A stretch of DNA of 63,950 nt, counting the filler, from Basidiobolus ranarum (lineage: Eukaryota), in NCBI GenBank assembly GCA_040143965.1. It is 9 parts of 9 records of this genome, joined end to end, with 100 filler letters (N's around TTAATTAATTAA, not from the genome) between each part and the next. Parts side by side here need not be neighbours in the genome. Positions count along the whole stretch, not along the records: positions 42,764 to 49,764 come from JASJQH010008070.1; positions 49,865 to 56,861 come from JASJQH010008071.1; positions 56,962 to 63,950 come from JASJQH010008072.1; 6 more parts are not named here. One strand, given 5' to 3'. Below are positions 49,522 to 61,364 of the stretch, one piece after another. Numbering within the stretch: the stretch's first letter is position 1; every line of letters starts with the position of its first letter. The notes below the pieces were generated by a model. The model was not told the origin of the DNA, searched no databases, and saw nothing but the letters and a program-made list of their open reading frames with translations. The translations under genes were made by a program, and so were the position numbers.

Positions 49522-49865
49522 ATTCCAATTTATCATAGTACTTTTAACCAAATATGCATTTTGCTTCCAAATATTAACCCTAACAAAATAAAATTGATTT
49601 GATCCGGATTGGATCCACCCTCCAAAATAGCAAAACCATCAGAGAACTGTCGCAATATTGCTGGCTTGCATTCTGCTGGGGATTTTGATGGTGGGATGGT
49701 GGTTTCTTGACGGTATCTAAACGGTATTCATATATGTTAAAATATTGATCCTCAAATTTGGCATNNNNNNNNNNNNNNNNNNNNNNNNNNNNNNNNNNNN
49801 NNNNNNNNTTAATTAATTAANNNNNNNNNNNNNNNNNNNNNNNNNNNNNNNNNNNNNNNNNNNNT

Positions 49866-50120
49866 GCTCAACCTACTTCCACTATTCCCAGCAAGACATC
49901 CACCGCTACCTCCAGTGGTTCAGTCAGTACCGGTTCACCCAGCCCTACCTCAGTACCCGGTATCTGCAATGGTGTCGCTGAGTGGGTTTCTGCTACTGCC
50001 TACAATGGAGCCCAGAAGGTTACCTACAAGGGCCATCTCTGGCAAGCCAAATGGTGGACTCAAAATGACACTCCTGGAAGTAACAGCCAAAATGTCTGGA
50101 ATGATCTTGGTGCTTGTTAA
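49866..50120 (+). CDS. C-terminus of a secreted glycan-active protein (probably a chitinase): S/T/P linker plus CBM5/12 chitin-binding module (5'-partial)
   Basis: Frame not shown in the ORF track: ...SPSPTSVPGICNGVAEWVSATAYNGAQKVTYKGHLWQAKWWTQNDTPGSNSQNVWNDLGAC*, with the AKWWTQ hallmark. Confidence 0.9.
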   Translation, partial: AQPTSTIPSKTSTATSSGSVSTGSPSPTSVPGICNGVAEWVSATAYNGAQKVTYKGHLWQAKWWTQNDTPGSNSQNVWNDLGAC

Positions 50121-50564
50121 AACCCAATATCTGACTTCAAACAATTGTTTCAATAAACGCTTAAGATTTGATGTAGGCATCAGTCTAAGAAAAATGACCC
50201 AAATCAATTACCAAATCGGTGCTATATAATTTTCAAAGAATCCAATATTAGCCTATTGGGATTAATTGGTGTGCTATTTTTTCGTTTTTAGCATGGCATA
50301 TTACTAATGTAAAATATATATATATATATATGCGCATATAAATTTATCTTGGAATTATCTATCATGAGATATATAATGTTTATTTGATGTAGCTAAAAAT
50401 GCCAAAAGTACCCGAAAAGCGATAAATCAAAGAATATGTGTAGTCTAATATTATGAACCGATTTTGTTAGTGCTATTTGATGGTATTGAGGATTTCCTTA
50501 AAATAGCGCCTTCCGAGATACTTAAAGATGGCTTATTACCTCAGGTATTTTCAACACACTTACA

Positions 50565-50969
50565 ATGAAACTCTTTACTCTCTATACCAGTTTGTTCTTT
50601 TTGGTGAGTTCTATTCGAGGTGAGGACTCTATTCTTAACAGTGTAAACTTTGCCACTGAAGTGAATACTGGCACCTGGCTGATCAAATTCTACTCACCAT
50701 ACTGCACATACTCTAAGAAATTGGCACCAATATGGGAGCAATTTTCGAACGACAACGGAGAAACACTTGCCACCAAAAATATCCATATAGGAGAATTGAA
50801 TTGTATTGAGTATGGAACACTTTGCGAAGAAAACAAAGTGGACGGATATCCCACCATTAATCTTTTTCATAATGGAAAGTATGTTGAGGAATACACTGGC
50901 CCTCGTGACGCCCAAGCATTAGCTGATTATGCTGCAAGCAAAGTAACCCTTACAAATATAGTAAACTGA
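50565..50969 (+). CDS. Signal-peptide-bearing single-domain thioredoxin/PDI-like protein with CxxS site
   Basis: WLIKFYSPYCTYSKKLAPIW, GELNC...LC....VDGYPTI and YTGPRD. Confidence 0.9.
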   Translation: MKLFTLYTSLFFLVSSIRGEDSILNSVNFATEVNTGTWLIKFYSPYCTYSKKLAPIWEQFSNDNGETLATKNIHIGELNCIEYGTLCEENKVDGYPTINLFHNGKYVEEYTGPRDAQALADYAASKVTLTNIVN

Positions 50970-51118
50970 GTTTAAATAAATCGTAGTTAATCAATAATAT
51001 TCCTATCGAATTAGAGAAACTATTTTATTGAAAGAAAGGAACAGAATGAAGAAATTTCGTTTACGATTACAAATAACGCCATCGCTAAGCAGAGTCGTGA
51101 ACATATCGGAGTGATAGT

Positions 51119-51896
51119 TTATAACTCTTCATAGGAGTTGGTATTATTAGGCTTGGCGCTAACTCCAGGAATATTCGATGTCCAGTCTAATAAATTGAAG
51201 TACATAAGTACGTATCCAATTCTTATCTATAAGAAATTATATACTAACTAGTAGTATCCACAGGGTCTCCACGGACTTGAAGATTTTGGACTGAGGAGAG
51301 AATGGTGACAGGCTAATAAAAGTTAAAGTTAGTCGATATACTTGCCCTTCAACTGAAATATTTTCGAACTGGTACCTTCAATACTAAGCTGAGAATGGTG
51401 AATCTATTGTAGTTGAATCAAGTTAATATCTTCATAAATGTCACTTTATACCATACTCCATTACTTACAAGCCGAACCAAGCCCACTCGTGTTTGACAAG
51501 ATATAGAATATCTAAAGCCACTGAACCCACTAACATAAAAGTAAACTGTGCATCGACCCATTAGTATACAAGGTATAAATGACGTCAGTATGTAGATCTG
51601 CTCACCAATTTCATCGAACTAGTAGCCTGATGGTCTTGGTAAGCCCATATACCGAACAGATAAATGGGAAGGTTGTAACTGGGTGAATCAGATATGCAAG
51701 CAAGAAGCCCTAGTGTCTTCATTTAAAATGAAGCCAAGTTAGTATAAATAATTGGAGAAATTCTGAGGAGCTTCAGAGAAAACTGAGGCAATCTTATATT
51801 CAACTGAAAAATATATTTCCTAAAAGCACATACCGAATGCATTCCCAACAAACGCGAGGGATCGACTTCACGCGCAAAATCAGTGATAAAGTTCAT
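51119..51896 (-). CDS. Small multi-pass membrane protein, AGTRAP-like (6 exons)
   Basis: Manually spliced through five GT-AG introns: MNFITDF...GMHSTLGLLACISDSPSYNLPIYLFGIWAYQ...LFTFMLVGSVALDILYL...FTILSLVLKPVTILSSVQNLQVRGD...SYEEL*. The pattern G[IV]WA, DI, LSLxLKP, RG resembles animal AGTRAP. Confidence 0.75.
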
Positions 51897-52754
51897 TACA
51901 GATGGGAATGGTAGGTATAATTTCCAAGGTAGAAAAACGTATGAAACCTTTTTTGAAATTTAAGCAGTAGGTATAGCATATATTCACCTGCATATTTGAT
52001 GCAATACTGAATCTGAGTGAATAGTCACGAATAGCATCATTAATCGATCATTGTTCAAAATGATCGGATCGTACTTTTATTACTAGTAATATTCCAACCA
52101 AAAGCCAATCTTGTTTCAACTTCTCTTTGTTGGTCAGGATGCTATTTAAGAGTTGCTTGGCAATCGAGATGTCATCACTACCGAGCGAGAGCAAAATACC
52201 TCAACATCGCTGACTCAATTCCTGAGCCGAATTTTGATTACCATTGAAAACCTACTTTATAACTCGTGAACTTACGCCACTGACTCCAACGCCCAATGCT
52301 CAATTGACCATGTGAAATATACTTATTAGTAACCCTACCTCTTCCAATCTTGCGCTTGCATCACTACTCTATGTTCTCTTTTACCAATTGAAACACTGAG
52401 GTGTTCCTTGTGGACTGTTGTGCTTTGAGTAAGGTAAGGAAGTTGAATTGATTGGATGGAGAGGTTAATCAGTCATTGGATCCATGTGGTCCAAATCACA
52501 TCAGTGCCATGGCAATCAGGCAACAGCTATATTTACATCGAGTGGTCTTTTAAATAGCGTCACTTGCTACAATTTATTATGTGTTCAAGTGATTGGAATT
52601 CAAGTCGCAATTGGGCAAGATAGAGATGAATTACAATGAAAAAGATAGATTTACATGTATGTTACCAATATTTACAAAAGAAGTGGAATTACAAGTTGAG
52701 TCACAAATGTTGTACTCAACAAAGTTGCTCAATTGGCACTTGACAGATGATCAC

Positions 52755-53566
52755 TTAGAACGTATATCCCGGGCCCATACCGAACGAAAGAATCGACGAC
52801 AGTTCTGAAGGATCAGGGCCTGAATATAAACGATCGTTGTTTATCACATGATCCAATGCAGATCTTGAAGAAACAAGCGGTAGGTTAAAGTCAATGTCCA
52901 CTGGAGAAGATATTTCGCTCACGGGAAAATCCATTATATTGGCCGGTTGAAAGAAATCTAGCGATTGGCGTTTCGGCATGTCAAAGAAGATATCCCCTTG
53001 ACAATTGGTAGGCATGTGAGAAAATTGGTGTGGATAAGAATAGGCCGAAGTCTCTATTGGAGAAGTGGGCTCACTAGAAAAATAGGTGATTTCTGAAGAT
53101 TCTGTGGGACTGCTCTGTTGAACAAGCGTAGACGTAGACGAAGAATTGTGAGCATTCCTCACTTGCTTAACATGAAGATTCTCGGATCCATCACCATTAC
53201 TAGTAATATGGTATTGATTGACGACTGCATCTGTACCATAACTGCCCTTGGCTGACTTCTGCCGCCTTCCGGTGATGGTACGGAATTCTTTATGGTAGTA
53301 CTTGCGAATTAGGTCCTCGTGGTCCTCTTCCGATGAGTACTACAACAAACATTAGTTACCAGGCCTTTTGAATGAGACACAATGAACTTGCAACTTACAA
53401 CATGGCACGCATCTTTAGCGTCAAACATTAGCAGAGCAACCTTACTTTCGCATAATACAGCCAGTTCGTGAGCTTTTTTGATCAAGCCACCGCGGCGACG
53501 GGCAAAAGTGACATTCTTCTGACGATCATTCTCAATGGTTTGAATCTTGATCTTTTTACGGCCCAT
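52755..53566 (-). CDS. MADS-box (MEF2/Rlm1-type) transcription factor (250 aa; exons 53399-53566, 52755-53339)
   Basis: [39 protein letters not shown]...; a phase-0 GT-AG intron leads into YSSEED... Confidence 0.93.
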
Positions 53567-54621
53567 GGTTGCAAGAGTAAGAAGTAATTGGGAAGCGGAT
53601 TAACCAACAACACAGGCACACCAACTCTTTTATATTTGAAATGAGACTGAATGTGTCGAATTGGATGAATGGTCTATGCTCAATTCCCCGACTACTTCTC
53701 GTTGCCCAGTTTACCATTGGTCCAAAGAGAAGCCTCAGGATGATTAGGATTTCTCCATACGGAATGATGAATGGTAAGTGAATGATTATGCGAGATCGCA
53801 GGTACTAAGTCCCTTGTAACTGTCGCACTTCTCCAAGTAACCCGTCACGTTGAGTTGAATCGGGTTGTGAGAATAATCGTCTCGCTAGTCAATGTGCAAA
53901 AATAACCATCCGATTCCTACAGATGTAGCGCGTCATCGAACCAGCTTTGAGGATCGGAAATACGTATTTGCAGTTCTACAGTTTGCGCTGTGGTTGGAGA
54001 GAAGTCTTGTGTGAAACTTAATCTTTTGACATTTTTAAGGGTCCTAGGGAATGTCAGAGGATTTCCTTTCTGGGCCATCATAGACTGTAGCCCACTTACC
54101 TCTGTTTTGTTGATGAGCCATTGGGCAATGAACTTTTACAATACAGACTGTAAAAATAGCTTTGTGCATCTACCTGTTGTGTGAATATTCAAGCTCAGAG
54201 CCAATCATGAATGCTGATGAATATACAGAAGATGCTATTATTTGGCAAGTCAAGTGGCGTCTCCAGATATCAACAACAGTAACTAAGCTCCAACATGATC
54301 TGTGTCAACTGGAAATGGACGATGGAAAGAAGTTAATTTATATCCTACAAAGACGATCACTAAACATCCATTTTTGACAGCAACTGAGTGAACCATTGGA
54401 ATTTCAGAAATTGGATATTATTTTCTGGACTATTTGATCGGTATTTTCGAAGATTGAGATAGTAATTTGAGAAATATCGATAAATTTAGTCATGAAGAGA
54501 TTTCATGGTAACACTAGTGGACATGCATAGATTGGAAATTTAGTGGTGGTCGATTATTCACTCGAGAAAAATATTCGTGGGGGTTTCTTTCGAGTAAAAC
54601 TCCTTTCCAACAACATATAGC

Positions 54622-55751
54622 ATGACCAAGAACGAGAATCAAGTCACAGTTGAGGACGATCCTGAGCTGGACGACTTATTAGATGGTATATAGCTGCAGG
54701 AATTATTACTTTTATTTTTGGAGATAACAACTAACGTTTATTTCTTACTTATCCAGGCGCTCTCGACGAATTTACGAAGCCAGTAGAACAACCTCAACCA
54801 ATCAAACAAGAAGCCAAGCTGGAAGAAGCGGGTGGAAAGTCGGAGTTTGACGCTTTGTTTGAAGATGAATTCGCAAAGCAATTAGCTGAGGGAATGGAGG
54901 AATTCATGAAAGAGATGGAGGGAGAGGAGTCATTCAAACAGACATTCGAACAACTTTTAGGCTCATTTGACAAACCAGACTTGAGTCAAATGCCAACTGC
55001 TCCAAAACAAAAGGACACTATGGATGAGAAGTTGAAGAATAAAGAAGTTCCCGTTTCCAATGCTCCAGTTTCATTCCAAGAAAAAGTGGAACAAACAATG
55101 AACAAATTAAGAGATAGTTCGGAGCAAGTAGAGGTACCTGTTTCTATTAGTGATGCTGTTAATCATATTCTTGTTGTCTAAAACTATACATAGGCTGAAG
55201 TTAGCGAGGATTCATCGGATGCTATGCTGGCAGAGATGATGAAGCAAATGGAAAATCTTACTGGCTCGGGAGAATTCGACAACGTTGTTGAAGGTATGAT
55301 GGGTCAACTACTTACCAAAGATGTCCTTTACGAACCAATGAAAGAACTGGCCAGCAAAGCAAGTATTTTTTTCATCACGACCTAGGAGACTCAAACTAAT
55401 ATTTTCTGATAGTATCCCAAGTGGCTTGAGGATAACAAAGACTCGCTTCCCCCTAGTGACTATAAACGTTACGAAGCTCAATACGACTATGTCGCTCAAA
55501 TAGTTGCCCATTTTGAGACCGAAAGTAAAGATAAATCGAAAGGAAAGTCGGTTATGGAATTGATGCAGGGTGTAAGTGCATAGTTGTAGTTCTTTGAATT
55601 TGTCGCCAAGGTTGACGGTTGATTTCTTTACTAGATGCAAGAATGTGGCCAACCTCCTGCCGATATCCTTAAAGAATTAGCACCTGATATGGCTTTAGGC
55701 CCTGATGGACTTCCAAAAATGCCAGATATGGACCAATGTAATATTATGTAA
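54622..55751 (+). CDS. PEX19: Peroxisomal membrane protein import receptor Pex19 (5 exons)
   Basis: ELDDLLDGALDEF, LLTKDVLYEPMKEL..KYPKWL, MQECGQPP and a C-terminal CaaX (CNIM*). Confidence 0.95.
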
Positions 55752-56553
55752 TCTTCCTTATCTTTATCAAGAAGCATCATACAAGTACTCTTTCTTTCAT
55801 ATCATGAGTGAACTAGAAACTAGCAACTAGTAAATCCAAGTTCATCTCCACCTAATATTGACTAAAGAATGCGTTTATCTCAGTTCAGAATACTGATGAT
55901 AGATAAGATGATTTCTGGCTCAGATCAATTTTAGTTGGTTGATTAGCAATGGAGTCATTTGTACGTGCAAGATATATATTACTGGTTAGTTGTGAGAAGT
56001 GTGACTGATTATCCACCACGACTAACATTTCAAAATGATCTGTCAAGATGTAAAGATAAGATTATCTGGCCAATTTGAACGCCACGATCATCAGGAAGAG
56101 GTGTGCGATTATCTTCCGTTGAGGGTGAAATGTAAACAAATAGCAAGGAATGTGAGGGTATCTATGGATTGCGAATCTCAAAGCCGGTGCTATGATTCTT
56201 ACCAAAGAGACTGGCTGTTTTTGCTATCCAAGAGATTTGCTCTTGGTATTTGAAAGCATCTTCAAAAGTACTTGCTAATTTTCAATAGCATATAGTCAAC
56301 TACTATAAGAAGGATGAGGTTTATGAAACTGGTTATATCTGCTGATTTGTTCATAGCTATATAGAGGCATGAGAGCGACTGTGTTACATGTAAAATTCAA
56401 TATTGTGCTTTAATTCGTTTCATCCAAGTTACAATCACATCTTGATCTTCCACCGAGTCAAACTAACTTTGCCAGGTTGAGTTTATAAACTGATGAACAT
56501 CCAACTTGATCGTTAGTACTGATCGCTTTCTCTAACTCTACCCTCCATCTAAT

Positions 56554-56861
56554 ATGTTTGCCATCACTCGCGCTTTGAGAACCGCCTCTGTCTCTGCTGT
56601 CGCTACCCGCGCGCCTCTCAGAGCCATGTCGTACTTGGCTCAGCAAAAAGATCTCTTAAACGCTCGCTTGACTGAGGTTGACCCTGAAGTCTTTGATATT
56701 ATCGAGAAGGAGAAAACTAGACAACGTGATGGTATTTGCCTCATTCCTTCCGAGAACTTCACTTCTCGCTCCGTCATGGATGCTCTTGGCTCAGTAATGC
56801 AAAACAAATACTCTGAGGGATACCCTGGTGCTCGCTACTATGGTGGTAACGAGTTTATCGA
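56554..56861 (+). CDS. SHM1: Serine hydroxymethyltransferase, mitochondrial type (3'-partial)
   Basis: R/A/S/T-rich presequence, [20 protein letters not shown] and [19 protein letters not shown]. Confidence 0.95.
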
Positions 56862-56961
56862 NNNNNNNNNNNNNNNNNNNNNNNNNNNNNNNNNNNNNNN
56901 NNNNNTTAATTAATTAANNNNNNNNNNNNNNNNNNNNNNNNNNNNNNNNNNNNNNNNNNNN

Positions 56962-57165
56962 ATGTATGGGATACTATGAAGGGTGACCGTGTTGGTGTCT
57001 TGGCCGCTCATGAAAATAGGGTTAGTTGTCTGGGTGTATCTGCTGATGGGATGGCGCTATGCACTGGCAGTTGGGATAGTTTGCTCAAGGTACATATGAT
57101 TTTGCTTGATTCATCGCTATTAATGAAGGAGGTATTGATCAAATTATTCTTAGATATGGGCTTGA
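56962..57165 (+). CDS. GPB1: Heterotrimeric G-protein beta subunit, last WD40 repeat (5'-partial)
   Basis: [42 protein letters not shown], then an intron, then IWA*. Confidence 0.93.
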
Positions 57166-57828
57166 TTCTTCGATTGTTGATGTTGTTAGCTCCATTGTGT
57201 TTCATTTAATTTTAGTTAATCTACAGTTGGGAGCACCGTTTCTTTTTATTTCGAAATTCAGTGCTCTCTTATTTTTATAATGCATATTTAAGATGTCCAT
57301 TGTGAGCAAAAATGGGCGTGTACTTTATTTTCATCCTGTGTCGCCATTTGATTCCTCTTTTATTCCCTCACTATGTTCTACATTGTATGCTGGTGATTTC
57401 AGAAAGTCTTCGAGATTACCTTCTCCCTATCTACCGCTAATCACTTATCTTTTCTCTTAAACTACTAAAGGGGAAACGATTTTATACTAAACACATCTTA
57501 TGCAGATTCTCACTGGTTCGTCTGTCTTTTTTGTTCTTAAACTCACACTTTATCCGATCTTTATGCTATCTACTTCCTTTTCTCGTATAGCCCAAATTTT
57601 GTGTGTTCTTTAACTTTATGCTTTTCAATAAATACCACATGATGCTCCCCTCCTGAATGGGAGCTACTTTTCACCAATTGGCTAGCCCATGCAAGTTGTA
57701 TGTTTTTATTGAAATGGTTTTCTTGACATATAGAGAAGCATCAAAGGCGTGAGAATCTAAATGGTGAATTGATGGATTTGCAAGAGAGGACACCTGAGAT
57801 ATACTACACATGCATTGATCCTAATAAT

Positions 57829-59774
57829 CTATAGCAAGGGTGTATCTTCAGAAGGTGACTTTCTTTTGTGGGTTTCCTCAGAATTTGGCGCCATCTCCGC
57901 ATTATCATATCCTTCTTTGAAATATGTGATGTCGTTATCTTTTTCTGGACGAACTGGGATGAAGAACATCTCTTCTGAGAGCTCTTCTGAACCATTGGTG
58001 AAGGGCTTATCGATGGTCACTACATCAATCAACAAATTCTCCTCCAGGTCATTCAATTTGGAGCTTTGGTTTTCGGATATCTGATTTACAATTCAATCGG
58101 TGTTAGGCGATTGCTTCTGAAAAGGAGGATATGAGTGTTTGGTACTGACCACATCAAATTCGTCTTCACGCTCTTCATACTCGGCGTTCTCTTCCAATTC
58201 CTTGAAGTCTGGAGCAAATGCGCTCCAACTTTCATTGGGACTCCTCGTCCACACATAAACCATACCATAGGTGGAGACGGATGCAATGATCGGCCGTTTC
58301 GGGTGCCACTGTTTAATTCCAATGAGCTTTCGTTGATCTTGTAAATGGATTTCAAAAAGAGAAGTATACACATACAGTTAAATCCCTTAATGGCTCCTTA
58401 GGCCCTTCCAAGATCTTGATGAGATTGGCCATATTCTTATCCCAAACGTAAATATTGTGCTCAGCTTTATGCGCCGAGGCTAGATATCATCCAAGAATGT
58501 TATATACTATAGGTAATATACCTTTACGAATGCAAATACCTCCAATAACATAGTCATCATCATTTGAGAAGGTGGTCTGATTCCATTGTATTCTATTTAC
58601 TAGGTCTTGGAATTTATGCTCTAATTGTGGATTTCCCTCATCATCAAGTGTATACATTCTAATAACACGATCATTGGAGTTCAACAACATGTCTCTATTG
58701 AAGGCAATCGGCGATTAATCCTTGCAGATATTGAATGAAATTACGCATTCAACAAGATAAACACGAGTAACTTACTTTCCTTTATGACTGAATTGAATGT
58801 GTTTGATCGTGCTGCTGGTGGCTCGCGTGGAATATGTGATCTAAGTAGAATTTAGCATTACACATGTTATCAAGAATATTTCACTTCAAATTACCTTCTT
58901 AGTGTCCATGTCGATAATATTCAGGTACCCTCGAGATGATCCAGTGTATATTCTATCGCCTTTGCGGTTGAATGTCCCCTCGGAAACATAATCCAACCTA
59001 CAAATCAGAGGTAGAAAAACCCAACAATATTGAGATTTACATGATTTATGATTCTGACGTTAGATGATCAACTTACCCACTGTTAGCGTCACTTTGCTCT
59101 TCCATATTTCCCGTAGATACTGGTAGCGTAGTCTGCTCTAGATCCCGAGAAAGATCAACCAACACTGGAGCTTTTTGTGAAAGGCACACAAGTATTAATG
59201 AGCTGGATACGTGAATGGAATAAGGTAAATAAGGTGTTCAAGAAGTATTCAACCACAGGAGGTAGCTACGTACTCATTTTTGGGATGTATCTGTGCTTTC
59301 AAAACAGGAGCCCCAAAATCAATGGTATGTAGGATTCTGGTGTCTAGCAAGTCCCAATAAATGCACTGGCCATCTTCGGAACTAGTCAAAATGAATCTTC
59401 CATTTCGAGACCAACTGAATATTTGAGGAAAGGTAACGTCAAAATAAACCTTTAACTTAAGGTTAGGTTAAACACTGAAAAAGAAATGCTACCTTACGCT
59501 GGAGACACTCTTGGTATGTCCTTCAAGCTTTCTAGTTATGCTACGAGTTTCAAAATCCCAAATTAAACAGCGACCATCCGTGCAACCACCAGCCAAAAAA
59601 GAGCCATTCCCATTAAAGGCACAAATTATAGTTGGTCCATCTTCCAAAACTTCCTCAATAATTTCAGGGAAATTATTCTCAAACGGATCTAAAAGTCCCA
59701 GAGAATCAATATTTTTTAAGAACTGAAGTTGAATCTAGCCTGATTACCTATGTACCTAATAGCTGAAGGTTCAT
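57829..59774 (-). CDS. SWD1: COMPASS/Set1C WD40 subunit Swd1/RBBP5 (~10 exons)
   Basis: Spliced start [62 protein letters not shown]. Confidence 0.93.
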
Positions 59775-60499
59775 TTGTTACAGGGAATCTTCGAGCGTTA
59801 ACACATAAATTAATCTTGATTGTCTCTCGTCGTTAGGATTACTACAAAGGAGTTGTAAAATCAAGTATACTTGTAAAATGAGCCATCAAATCAGATTCAA
59901 CATCACTCTATACTAATATTTGATTGGTCAAGATCATTCTTATGATGCTTATAAAATTTGTATATTTAGTTAAATCTAGTCAATCTTCACATTCAACTGA
60001 AGTCCATCTGCATGCTGTTACTTCAAGACCTCATAGAACGAGATAATAGTATCGAAGGCCCACGTCCAGGCCTTGTAATATAACACAATACATGGACTAA
60101 TCAATGAGCCATGCAAAGTACTTTCTATTAGCAAAGAGTACTCAGTTGGTAGAGTGCAGGCCAATTTCTCAGATTCCTCCCAAAATAATATATAGAATAT
60201 ATGTCAGAGCGGCATCCGAAGATATAATCAATGATATCGGACTTGACTCTTCTACCAGTAGGCCATTAAATCGAATGTTATCATTACACGTCCGATATTG
60301 TTGTTTATCTAGATTGACTTGGATTGTGACCATTTGAGTCTTGTGGTTGCTTACATTGGATAATGCACGAATTCCTCGAACAAGCAGCATTTTCACACTA
60401 TCAACTTATTGACTCGTACATGTCGTGATATTGATGGGTTTCTCGAAATCTCGTACCAGTGATTTATTTACAGAAAACTTGTTGTATTCGTTGATTTTG

Positions 60500-61364
60500 T
60501 CAAGATAGTTCTCTACTTCCTGATGAAGGTTCTTGGAAAGAAATTTTTTCGGATTCGAGTATTTCCTTTAGCTTTATGAAATACTCTAGTTTGTGTCTGA
60601 ATTGATATGTCGATGTTCTAGCACTAGTGGAAGGCATGGCAAATACGATGATTTCTCTCGAACGCAAATTATTTTCGGAATCAATAAAATTGCAGCATAT
60701 CTTCTCTGGTTGTAAACCAAGTTCTGTACACTTACGACCAGAAAATATTTCAAATATTCCTTTTCCTATAAAACAAACAACTTTTGGGTAGTTCTTTTTG
60801 ATTTTTTCCAATAATTCAGGAACTGCCTTTTGCATTTCATCCTTGGATAGTTCTGAGCTACTTCTACTGGGACGTTGAGCCAAGTTCGTGATTCCGTAGT
60901 TGTATCTACTCGGTAGTGTCTCATCCTCGTTGAACGTCAGCGGCTCTTTCAGCAGCCCTTTAGAAAGAGAAATACTTTAGTATTCCGAGAAAAAACTATA
61001 AACCACTTAATAGAGGCTAGTTGCCTGATTTATATAAACCCGGCCAGAAAGCATTGTTTGGCCCAGCAAAATGGTGCCCACTAGAGGCACTCTTTACCCC
61101 GGGATTTATACCAATGAAAAGTATGTCCAAATCTTCGGCGATAATATCTTTTAAAGGGTTTAAATGAGCATATACTTCTGGTGGTGTATAACTTTTCGAA
61201 GACGTTTTAGCTTTCTTGGGAGGACTTTCTTCTGTGGACTTGTTGCTCTCAAGTTTGGTAGATTTTTTTTTGGTTATTGGCCTGTTGATTGTTATATTCT
61301 CTGGTTCGGTTTTGTAAGCGTACTTTTGTAAAAAATTCTTGAAGTTACTTGGAGAACTCATCAT
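60500..61364 (-). CDS. G:T/U mismatch-specific DNA glycosylase, TDG/MUG family (265 aa; exons 61025-61364, 60500-60957)
   Basis: ILFIGINPG, GHHFAGPNNAFW, YGITNL, PKVVCFIGKGI and MPSTSAR. Confidence 0.93.

Noticed and set aside
7045-56961. Regularly spaced N-blocks with a TTAATTAATTAA palindrome every ~7.1 kb
   Set aside because: Artificial concatenation linkers between size-sorted contigs. ORFs running into X residues and any cross-linker gene clusters are artefacts.
60500-61364. Functional link between the TDG glycosylase gene and the CpG-depleted regions
   Set aside because: They are on different contigs, so co-occurrence in this window is an accident of concatenation.
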